Of a stretch of 64,000 bases of DNA, positions 1 through 11,759 are shown piece by piece. The notes beneath the pieces are model-generated. The model made no database searches, was not told the origin of the DNA, and was given only the letters and a program-made list of their open reading frames with translations. The stretch is from NCBI RefSeq assembly GCF_009914755.1, contig NC_060944.1, one strand, 5' to 3'. The translations under genes were made by a program, and so were the position numbers. Source of the stretch: the human T2T-CHM13v2.0 reference genome, Homo sapiens. The stretch's first letter is position 1; every line of letters starts with the position of its first letter.

Positions 1-816
1 CTATATTAATATCAGATAACATTATGTAATAGAAGAGTCAATCTGTCAAGAAGACATAGGAATCTTAATGTGTATGCATCAAGCAACAGAATTGCAAAAT
101 ATGTGAAGCATAAACTGATAGAACTGAAAGGAAACAGAGATGTCCCATGATTATAGTTGGTGACTTCAACATCCCTCTCTCAACAATTGATATTTCTGTT
201 CTAGAGAGAAAATCAGCAAGGATGTAGAAAACCTCAACACCACCATTAAACAGCAGGATCTAATTGACATTTATAGAACAACTCACTCAACATAGATAAA
301 ATTCTGGACCATAAAACACACTTGAGCACATTTGAAAGAAATAAAATCACACAGAATAGATTCTTATACCTTAAGGAATCAAATACACATTGATAACAAA
401 AAGATAAGAATACCTTCAAATATCTGGAAACTAAACAACACACTTCTAAATAATTCAAGAATTGGAGAGAAACTCTCAAAGGAAATTAAAAAATACATTG
501 AACTAAATAAAGAAATGGAACATATCAAAATCTATGGGCTATTTTTAAGGCAGTTCTGAGAGAGAAATTTACAGCACTAAATGTATATATTCAAAAAGAT
601 GAAAAAGTCTCAAACTAATAACCCAAGCCACATCAATAAACTAGAAAAAGGATAACAAAATAAATCCAACATAAGCAGAAGAAAGTAGTTAATAAAGATT
701 AGAGCAGAAAACAATGGAATTGAATTGAAAACAGAGAAACAATACAGGAAGGTGAATGAAACAAAGAGCAGGTTATTCGAAAAGATCAATAAAATTGCCA
801 AACCTCTATCAGGACT
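1..816 (+). mobile_element. Old L1 (L1M-type) ORF2 endonuclease-region fragment
   Basis: A-rich, with degenerate L1 ORF2 motifs (atagttggtgacttcaac = IVGDFN; ORF 332-559 contains WKLNNTLLNN); many stops and deletions. Confidence 0.9.
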
Positions 817-1383
817 GTATCAGGGTTCTCCAGAGGGACAGAACAAGTAGGATATATGGAGGGGGATTTGTTAAGGGGAAGTGGCTCATAGGATCACAGA
901 GGCAGAGAAGTTTTCCAATAGGCTGACTGTAGGCTGGAGAACCTGAAAAGCTGGTTGTGTGGCTCAAAACTGGTAGCATGGCTCAGCCCAAGTCCAAAAC
1001 CTCAGAACCAAAGAAGCTGACAGTGCAACCTCCAGTCAGGCCCAAAAGCCCCTGAGAGGCCACTGGGAAAAGTCTCAGAGTCAAAACCTGAAGACGTAGA
1101 GTCTGATGTCCAAAGGCAGGAGTAGGAAAAGCCTTCTCTCTGGAAAGGAGAGAGAAGGCAGAGGGAGCAAATCCGCATTCTCTGCCTGTCTGTTCCAAAT
1201 GGGCCTTCAGCTAATTGGATGGTGCCTGACCATAGTGAAGGTGAGTTTGTTTCTCTTAATCCACTGACTCAAAGATCAATGTCTACCAAAAACACTTGTA
1301 CAGACACATGAAAAACAGTGCCTCATCACCCATGTAGGCATCCCTCAGTCCAGTCAAATTGACACCTGAAATTAACCATCACA
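817..1383 (-). mobile_element. MLT2 (ERVL) solo LTR inserted in L1
   Basis: Ends ccagtcaaattgacacctgaaattaaccatcaca, the reverse complement of the MLT2 5' end TGTGATGGTTAAT...GTCAA; starts tgtatcagggttctccagagggacagaac. Confidence 0.85.
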
Positions 1384-2336
1384 AAAACTGAAAAGAAAAA
1401 GAGAAGACACAAGCATATCAGAAATAACACAGGGAATATGAATACAACCCAATTCTTTGAAAAAAAAAACTATTACAAATAACTAAATATAAAATGATAA
1501 TTTGGATAGCCCTGTAACTGTTAAGTTAGCTAAATTCATAATTTTTAAAACTTTCAAAAAATAAATTTCCAGGCTCAGAAAGATATTTTCACTTTAACAA
1601 TTCTTCCAAATCATTAATGAACAAATAGCATCAATTTTACATAATCTCTTCCAAAAAAAGATTTTAAGTGAGTTTAACAAGGCCACATAACAAAAGATAA
1701 ATAGACAAAAATCTATTGTACTTCCATACACTACCAATAAGCACATGGACACTGACATATGTAATACCACTTCAATTTCTCAAAAATGAAATATCTAAGT
1801 ATAAATCTAGCAACACATGTAAGGAACTCATTTTCTGTAAACTCCAAAATACTGATTACATACAACAAATAACTATAAAATGGTGATACATACAATGTAC
1901 TGGGTGAGTCAACACAGTAAAGATGCCAGTTCTCTCCAAACTGGTGTACATCTTTAACACAACTACTATTAAAATCCAAGCAAAAATTTTGTAGATATGG
2001 ACAAGATAATTCTAACATCCACATGGAAAGGTAAAATAACTAGAAATAGCTTAAACAATTTTTAAAAAGAAGAATATAGTGCAAGGAGTCAGTTTTCCTA
2101 ATTTCAGGACGACTACACACACCCACACTAATCAACACTGTGTAGTATTGGTAAAGGGATAGACACATATGCCAATGGAACAGAACAGAGAACCCGAAAA
2201 TAGAACCACACAAGCATGTTCAATTGATTTTTTGACAAAGATACAAAAGTTATTCAATTACTCAATGGAGGAAAGATAGTCTTTTAAACAAATGGTGATG
2301 GAGTAAATGGACACACATAGGCAAGAAAAAGTAAAC
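1384..2336 (+). mobile_element. Old L1M ORF2 fragments (continuation)
   Basis: Degenerate ORF2-like sequence, e.g. caatggaacagaacagagaacccgaaaatagaaccac and caattgatttttgacaaag. Confidence 0.85.
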
Positions 2337-4457
2337 AAGCATGCCCCTTAAAAACCCACACAAGACAAGGATGCCATCTCTCACAACTCATAGTCAACAC
2401 AGTATTGGAATTTCGGCAAGGGTAATCAGGCAACAGTGAGAAATAAAGGGTATCCAAATAGGAAGAGATGAAGTCAAACTATCCCTGTTTGCAGATGACA
2501 TGATCCTATATCTAGAAGATCCCATTGTCTTAGCCCAAAACATTCTTAAGCTGATAAACAACTTCAGCAAAGTATCATGATACAAAATTAGTGGACAAAA
2601 ATCACTAACATTTCTATACACCAACAACAGGCCAACCAAGAGCCAAATCATGAGTAAACTCCTATTCACAATTGCCACAAAAAGAATAAAATACCTAGGA
2701 ATATAACTGAAAAGGGAGGTGAAAGATCTCTACAAGGAGAAGTACAAACCACTGCTCAAATAAATCAGAGATGAAACAAACAAATGGAAAAACATTTCAT
2801 GCTCATGGATAGGAAGACTCATTATCATTAAAATGTCCATACTGCCCAAAGCAATTTATAGATTCAACACTATTCCCATTGAACTACCATTTACATTCTT
2901 CACAGAACTACAGAAAACTATTTTAAAATGTATGTGGAACCAAAAAAAGGCCTGGATAGCCAAGGCAATCCCAAACAAAAAGAAGAAAGCTGAAGGCATC
3001 ATTCTACCCCACTTTAAACTATACTGCAAGGCTACAGTAACCAAAACAGCATGGTACTTCTGCAAGAACAGACACATAGACCAATGGAACCGAATAGAGG
3101 ACCAGAAATAAGACGGTACATCTACAACCATCTCATCTTTGAGAAACCTGACAAAAACAAACAATAGGGAAATGATTCTCTCTTCAATCAATGGTGTTAG
3201 GAATAAATGGCTAGCCATATGCAGAAAATTGAAAGTGAAACCTTTCCTTATACCATATACCAAAATTAAATCATGATGGATTAAAGACTTAAATGTAAAA
3301 CCCCAAATTATAAAATCCTTGGAAGACAACCTAGGCAATACCATTCAGGACACAGGTATGAGCAAAGATTTCATGACAAAGACACCCAAGGTAATTGGAA
3401 CAAAAAACAAAAATTGACAAGTGGGATCTAATTAAACTAAAGACTCTCTGCACAGTAAAAGAAACTATCAACAGAGTAAACAGACAACCTCCAGGATGGA
3501 AGGAAAATTTTCCAAACTATGTATCTGGAAAAGGTCTAATATCCAGCATCTATAAGGAATGTAAACAAAGTTACAAGGAAAAAAAAACATTAAAACGTGG
3601 GCAGGACATGAAGAGACACTTCTCAAAAGAAGACACACATGTTGCCAACAACCATGAAGAAAAGCTCAGCATCACTGATCATTAGAGAAATGCAAGTCAA
3701 AACCACAATGAGATACCATCTCATACCAGTCAGAATGTCTATTATTTAAAAGTCAAAAAATAACAGATGCTAGCAATGTTGTAAAGAAAAAGGAATGCTT
3801 ATACACTGTTGGTGGAAGTGTAAATTAGTTCAACCACTGTCAAAGACAGTATGGTGATTCCTCAACGACCTGAAGACAGAAATACCATTTGACCTAGTGT
3901 CCCATTACTGGGTATATATCCAAAGTAATATAAACCATTCTATTATAAATACACATGCATACATATGTTCATTGTAGCACTGTTCACAACAACAAAGAAA
4001 TGGAATCAACATAAATGCTCATAAATTATAGACTGGATAAAGAAAATATGGTACATGGACACCATGGAATACAATGCAACCATAAAAAGAATGAGATTAT
4101 GTCCTTTGCAGTAACATAGATGGAGCTGGAAGCCATTATCCTTAGCAAACTAATGCAGGAACAGAAAACCCAATCTCGCATGTTCTTATAAATGGGAGCT
4201 AAATATTGGACACATAGAGGGGAAACAATACACACAGGGGCCTCTCAGAAGGTAGAGGGTGGAAGGAGAGAGAAGATCAGGAAAAATAACTAATGGGCAC
4301 TATGCTTAATACTTGGGTGATTAAATAATCTGCATAACAAACCCCATGGCACATGTTTCCCTATGTAGCAAACCTGCACATGTGCCCCTGAATTTAAAAT
4401 AAAAGTTTAAAAATAAAAAATAAATTAAAAATTTACAAAACAAAAAAAGAACAAATA
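2337..4457 (+). mobile_element. 5'-truncated primate L1 (L1PA13-16-like): ORF2 3' half, 3'UTR and poly(A), nested in older L1
   Basis: RT motif ctgtttgcagatgacatgatc (LFADDMI); ORFs 2833-3111 and 3395-3685 translate to L1 ORF2p fragments; 3'UTR and A-rich tail ~4400-4465; loose TSD aaaaagtaaac / aaaaataaaac. Confidence 0.95.
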
Positions 4458-4991
4458 AAAAAATAAAACCTGGCACATGTTTCACACTATGTACAAAAAG
4501 TAACTCAAAACGTGTCATGAGTTTAAATGCAAAACATAAAAAGGTAAAATTTAGAAAAAAATAAAATAAAATATTTCCAATCTAGAACTAGGCAAAAAGT
4601 TCTTACAATTAACATCACAAGCATAATCAATAAAAGAAAAACTTGACAAATTGAACTTTATCAAAATTAAAAACTGCTGATCTGTAAAAGACTGTAAAAT
4701 AAAAAGACAAGCTATAGATTATTAGAAGAAAATATTTTCAATTCACATATCTGGCAAATAACTTTTATCTAAAATGTATACAGAATGCATAAAACTCAGC
4801 AGACAAAAAGTTAGATAATTGGGAAAAGACATAAAGAGGTATTTTACTAAGGAAGATTTGTAGATGGTAAATAAGCACATATAAAGATGGTCAATATATT
4901 AGCCATTGGGGAAATGCAAACTAAAGCCACAATAAGATATTACCACACACTATCAGAATGATTTTTTGTTCTTGTTTTGTTTAAGTGACAA
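4458..4991 (+). mobile_element. Old L1M ORF2 3' fragment (continuation)
   Basis: cttgacaaattgaactttatcaaaattaaaaac; gaaatgcaaactaaagccacaataagatattacc. Confidence 0.85.
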
Positions 4992-5751
4992 TGAGAGGTG
5001 AAGCTGGCTGGGCTTCTGGGTCAGGTGAGGACTTGGAGAACTTTTCTGTCTAGCCAAAGGATTGTAAATGCACCAATCAGCACTCTGTGTCTAGCTAAAG
5101 GATTGTAAACACACCAATCAGCACTCTGTAAAAACGCACCAATCAGCGCTCTGTGTCTAGCTAAAGTTTTGTAAACACACCAATCAGCACTCGGTAAAAA
5201 CGGACCAATCAGCACCCTGTAAAATGGACCAATCAGCTATCTGTAAAATGGACCAATCAGCTCTCTTTAAAATGGACCAATCAGCAGGATGTGGGTGGGG
5301 CCAAATAAGGGAATGAAAGCTGGCCACGCCACTGGCTGGGGTCCTCTTCCGACGTGTGGAAGCTTTGATGTTTTGTTCTTGCAATAAATCTTACTGCTGC
5401 TCACTCTTTGGGTCCGCAGCATTTATGAGCTGTAACACTGACCGCAAAGGTCTGCAGCTTCACTCCTGAAGTCAGCAAGACCACGACTCCACTGGGAGGA
5501 ACGAGTGGAACGAACAACTCTGGACGTACTGCCTTTAAGAGCTGTAATACTGACCGGGAAGGTCTGCAGCTTCATTCCTGAAATCAGCGAGGCCACAAAC
5601 CCACCAGAAGGAAGAAACTCCGGACACGTCCGAATATCAGAAGGAACAAACTCCGGACGCACCATCTTTAAGAATTGTAACACTCACCGCGAGGGTCCGC
5701 AGCTTCATTCTTGAAGTCAGCAAGACCAAGGACCCACCAATTCCAGACACA
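4992..5751 (+). mobile_element. LTR12 (ERV9) solo LTR
   Basis: Starts tgagaggtgaagctggctgggcttctggg and ends ccaattccagacaca; 8 CCAATCAG repeats in U3; AATAAA at 5383-5388; U5 repeats tgtaacactcaccgc...gcagcttca. Confidence 0.95.
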
Positions 5752-6744
<993 letters not shown>

Positions 6745-7373
6745 AAAGGTTTAATTTTTTTAAGTCAAACATAGGCTTGTTGGTTACAGCTAGTCTTAGA
6801 ATTGTACATGCTCAGTTCCACCATACGCTGTAGGGGAAAGATGTGCCTCTGTAGGCTTACTTGGCATAGGAAACAGATGTTCCACCATCTGTACAGAGAC
6901 CATCCTTCAGGCTGCCTACACTCTAGTATTCCTTCCAGACCCAGAAGGTTTTGACTCACGACTGTATTTTGATCTTTCACTCACCCTAAATGTACATACA
7001 AATTCTAAGTCATGTATACATACATACAAGTGCTAAATCATCATAATTCCTATTTTCCTCTCAAATAAAGTTTTAAATCAGGAGTATGACACTGCCAAAC
7101 ACTGAGTGACTATAGCAGCACATATGCCACAACAGCCACAACAGATGGCTTACATGTCATGGTTTCTATCCCCAAGTTCTTCTGCCTAGTAAACCTATTA
7201 GTAAGCATGTTACAAAGAAGTATTATGGAATCGGGAGGAAAAGAAAGCAGGTTTTGTTGGCTAATGAGATCTCAGAGAATGAAAAAGTAGCATTCCACAA
7301 GGGTACATATCAGGTCCAATATTATAGCATCTAGATCCAAGGACTAAGAATCCTTTGTGGACATTTTGTTACT

Positions 7374-7430
7374 TTGTTTTTGTTTTGGTTTGTTTGGTTT
7401 GGTTTGGTTTCATTTGGTTTTGTTTGGCTT
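7374..7430. repeat. Degenerate (TTTGG)n/(TTTG)n microsatellite
   Basis: Seen directly. Confidence 0.85.
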
Positions 7431-7828
7431 GATAAGAGGGATAAAGAAGGCCACAAATGCTTTTGAGAATCCAGTGAAAGTCTGGACCCACTTCCAACCT
7501 CCAAAAAAAATACACACATACACATTTTTCAGTTGATTGAAACTGTATAATCACTGCTGGAACCATTTTCTCTGACCTGTTTTAGAGAAATGCTCATTCA
7601 AGATATGATAATGTTCAAATGTCCAGATAACAAATATCAAACACATCTCTAAAATCCTTGAGCTGATGATAGCCAGATTTGTTCCCAGAATCTTTGGAGA
7701 CTGTTATTAATTATAAATATCTCCACGTTATTGCATTGTTTTCTTCCCATATTCAAAGTGCTGATCTTCCTTACCTGTTCAGGTCCACCGAACATGCAGA
7801 CTTAATAAATGATGTCTTGTCAATGCCA

Positions 7829-8264
7829 TGCATTAATTGGCTATTGCCATAATAATGCTGTATAATCAACCATCTCAAAACTGGGTGTCTTACAACAACT
7901 AGCATTTCCCAAGTCTGCAGGTCTGTATCTGGGGTGGCTTTGGCTGGGCTCAGCAGGCAGTTCTGCTTTAAGCTAAACATCAGGTAGACTTGACATGGCT
8001 TGGGTTTGAGCATGATCCAAGTGTCTCTTGTATCCTTGGGCCAAAGGCTGCTTAGAGAAGGTTCTAATAGTAAATGTCAGAATAGTGAAAGACAAACCAA
8101 GCCACACAGATCCAGTTAAAGCTTCCACTTGCATCACATCTGTTAACATTGCATTGGCCAAAGCCAAGTCATATGACTGAACCCAGCATCAATTAAGTGG
8201 CCAAAAATGTCTACAGTGGAATAGGAGAATGGATGTTTGCTGAGCACTAATATAATACTTCACA
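7829..8264 (-). mobile_element. Old MLT1 (MaLR) LTR
   Basis: ctattgccataataatgctg...; cattgcattggccaaagccaagtcatatgactgaaccc, typical of MLT1 reverse strand. Confidence 0.7.
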
Positions 8265-8412
8265 AATCACAAACAACTTTCTAGTATTTCCCAAGGCTCT
8301 CATGATGCCAGGTGCTCTAGTGAAATTTCACCATACTCAAATGACTAAAACAAGAAATCAAAAAATATAATTACAGCTGAGAACATTTTGTATGACTCAA
8401 CTATGTTTTAGA

Positions 8413-8645
8413 GCAGGGCTTCTTAACCTTGGCACTATTAACATTTAGGAATGCATACTTCTTTGTTTCTGGGAGTAAGGTGGTGCAGGGGGTGGCTGTG
8501 TGGTTCACTGAAGAATAGTTAGCCACATTCCTGGCATCTACCTACTAGATGCCAATAGTTCTCTCAAGTGATACTAACCAAAAATGTCTTCAGGCATTGT
8601 CAAGTGATCCCTGGGGGTCAAAATTGTCAGTGTTTGAGAACCACA
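8413..8645 (-). mobile_element. MER20 (hAT-Charlie) MITE
   Basis: caaaaatgtcttcaggcattgtcaagtgatccctgggggtcaaaatt...tttgagaaccac; degenerate TIRs cagggcttcttaac / ttgagaaccac. Confidence 0.8.
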
Positions 8646-8764
8646 ATTTAAGAAAAATAGTCAACATCCAAGATACAATAAATATTGTCAATTGCCAAAT
8701 AGAAAACATCAGTAATAAAATATATATTCTTGGTATCAGTATAAAAAAGTTTGCATTCAAATAA

Positions 8765-8985
8765 AATTGACCAGGTATTTTTATATGGTAGGCATTGGCA
8801 AATCCTTCTTAAATCCTTATTAACTACTCTGCCAGATGGGTAGCATTATTTCATGCTATTAAAGTTGAAAACAAGCTATAGTTAAATGAATTGTTCAAAG
8901 CCACAAAGATAAAAAGAGTAAAACTTGGATTTGAAATTTGATGTCTTCAACTTAAAATCCGCTTTGAGTAATAACACATGCTCTT
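8765..8985 (-). mobile_element. MIR
   Basis: gttaaatgaattgttcaaagccacaaagat...ggatttgaa core. Confidence 0.6.
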
Positions 8986-9170
8986 ATAGCATTTATAAAG
9001 GCTCCTGATTATTATAACCATTTCCACTCTGCTTTATTGGGTGTCCCTTTTCTATAAAGATGTGTGAGAACCAAAGAGTTCATAGAAAATAAGCCAATGT
9101 TTTATGTAATAAATAATTTAACAATTTATGTAATATTATGTAATGTAATAATTAATTATAAAAAGTTCAT

Positions 9171-9292
9171 AGAAAACAAGGTAAGGTAAGAACCTCGAGC
9201 AGAACCTAAAAACAGATCTTGGAAAGAGCATACTAGGTGAATGGCCAGTGAAATGGCAAGAACAGAGGGCCTGAGTTGGGAGTTTGCTTGTT
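9171..9292 (-). repeat. 122-bp inverted copy of 10081-10202 (templated insertion)
   Basis: Reverse complement matches at 121/122 positions (ctcgag vs cttgag); ORFs 9136-9399(-) and 10142-10333(+) share MLFPRSVFRFCSRFLPYLVF. Confidence 0.97.
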
Positions 9293-9734
9293 GGCTTATA
9301 AAAATAAGCCAAAGTTTTATGTAATATTTTAATTGAGTGCTCTTTATTACTGACATCACAAACACTAAATGATAAATTATTTATAAAGTCTTCAACCACT
9401 AAGAATAGTAGTTACATCATATGTACATTATAAAGAGTACTTGTTTTCTTATCAACTAAACCCACGATCATCATCATCATCATTAAAAGCATAATTTTAA
9501 AGTGGAAATAGTACCAATTTACCTTTTTTAGCTGGTTTATAGAAAGCATCTCAAAAATCAAAACTTCTACCCATGTGATTCTCATTGTTTGGAATATAAC
9601 CTCTGGGGAGCTGTAGAACTATCTTCGATGTCTAAGTTTTTGCCACAACTCACTTTGAATTTATACAACTCCTTCAAATCCATAAGTGGATTATTGGATA
9701 ATCCTTCACAATATACTGTTGGTCAGACAATATT

Positions 9735-10470
9735 TCACTGCTCCAACAACCCCTGCCTTAGTTGAGGCCACACTCTTCTTTCTCCTAGATAATTACAGTA
9801 GACCTAACTAATCTCCTTCCACCTTTGCCTGCTACAGACTATTCCCCGTGCAGCAGCCAGAGTGAGCTTTTGTAAATATAAATCAGGAAATGTTCATCAC
9901 ACTCCTACTTTGAGCATTCCAATGGGTTCCCACCACATTTAGAATAAAACTCAAATTCCTTTCCAAAGTTTGAAAGACCTAATAAGCTGGCCAACAGTAA
10001 CATTTCTGCACTCATTCACAGCTTTTTTCCCCTTCATTCAGTGTTCTGCAGCCACTCTGACCCTGCTATTCCTCAGGCAAAACAAGCAAACTCCCAACTC
10101 AGGCCCTCTGTTCTTGCCATTTCACTGGCCATTCACCTAGTATGCTCTTTCCAAGATCTGTTTTTAGGTTCTGCTCAAGGTTCTTACCTTACCTTGTTTT
10201 CTCTGCAAAGCCTTTCCTGACCTTTGTGAAGAAGCATCTCTCGACTCTACCCACCCCCTCACTTTGTTCTTTTATAGCACCTCTTACTAACTGGCATCAT
10301 ATTGCACATGTTTTCTGCTCTTTTATTTATTAACTGTCTTTCCTATTAGAAGGTAAGCCTTACATAGGCAGGAACTATGTTTTGTTCATTATTCTATCTC
10401 CAGGACCTAGGAGCATACCTGGTATGTTGTAGGTCTTCAATAAGTATATGATGAGTAAATGATGAATGAA
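9735..10470 (+). mobile_element. L2 3' fragment
   Basis: cagcagccagagtgagcttttg, catttagaataaaactcaaattcc; L2 terminus caataagtatatgatgagtaaatgatgaatgaa. Confidence 0.8.
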
Positions 10471-11069
10471 AGCTAAATATTAGCTGGAGACTCACAATAT
10501 TTGGAAATTGAGGTAAGGTTTTCTTAAGTGGCTCTGCCACCCTACCACTACCATCCCCTACACACCTATAGATTCCAGAACGCTTCCCAAGGCTTCTGAG
10601 ATTCTCTAAAGCTTTATGTTTTCAGGGCATCTCTAGTTCTGACTTCCTGATTTCTTAGTTTGTGAATCATCTTGTCATCCTCTCCATGCCGTCTTTGCCT
10701 CACACAAAAAAATAACCTTCTCATATAAGGCAACTTGTGTTTTTGGTAAACTTTACCAAAGACTTATAGACAATCTAAGGTAGGTTTATACTGAGACATT
10801 GTAAAGAAAACCTTTAGAGTAAACAGGAAACATTCTTCTTCTTATGAAGACTTTAGCCTCCACCCTATAGAAGACATCACTCATGGGTTCTCCTAAGCCC
10901 ACAGCAAACTTCTGGCCCCCGCTTTACCCCACCCCCCGCACCCATCCTCTCCAGAGTTAAAACAAATTTCTCTCTTCACCTCACACAGAGCAATTCAGTC
11001 TTCTCTTTTATTGCCTTTGATCTTTCTGTCATCATGCTTCAGGGTCTCTCTCTTCCCATTCCAAGAAGC

Positions 11070-11150
11070 TCTTCAAGACATTCTTGAAGACATTCAAGAC
11101 ATTCAAGAAGACATTCAAGACATTCAAGAAGACATTCAAGACATTCTTGA
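11070..11150. repeat. Minisatellite of 9/12-nt GACATTCAA(GAA) units (21-nt period)
   Basis: Seen directly; gives the spurious DIQEDIQ ORF 11011-11223. Confidence 0.92.
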
Positions 11151-11759
11151 TAGACCTATTGCTTCTGTGACTATAAGAGGCTCTAATATTCCACATGGCC
11201 ACAAAATACTGCCATCTGAATAAATATAATATCTAACCATTCTTCATTCTTCTTTTTCACGTGTAAATATATGCAAACACCCACACATACACACAGATGC
11301 ACATATATATGTTATTGTGATTCATAAAAGAAAAATAATCAGGAAGCATCACTGAACTCACATGAACTCACAGTAAGTGTTGGTCATGGAGTATTTTGTC
11401 AATTAATCAGTTCTGAAAGATCAATTTTAATCAGGCAGATATCTATAAGACTTCCTGATGTTAAAAGCAGTTTTCTCATATTTGAAAAGACTAATAGCTT
11501 ACTGCCTGTACAGTATCTATTTTCTCAAATAGAACCTGAAAATTAAGAATGGAAAGGGACAAAGATAGCCATCCTTGTAGATTCTTTTTATGCTTGTCCA
11601 ATATTTTCACCTCTGAAATTCCTACAGGGATGAAGAAAATATAGGGACTGTCTGTTTACCTAAATGACATGGGCATATTGTTAATGAATAAAGTTATATG
11701 CAGATCAATATTTAGTGTTTCATCTAAAAATAAGAATATGTTTATATTATCATTTGCTT

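Noticed and set aside
2833-3685. ORFs resembling L1 ORF2p
   Set aside because: Fragments of a 5'-truncated L1 with stops and frameshifts; not a functional CDS
5040-5290. Regularly spaced repeats resembling a CRISPR array
   Set aside because: Normal U3 CCAAT repeats of LTR12; spacers are not unique, there are no cas genes, and the DNA is eukaryotic
11011-11223. Coiled-coil-like ORF with DIQEDIQ repeats
   Set aside because: Produced by a minisatellite; non-ATG start, no supporting gene structure
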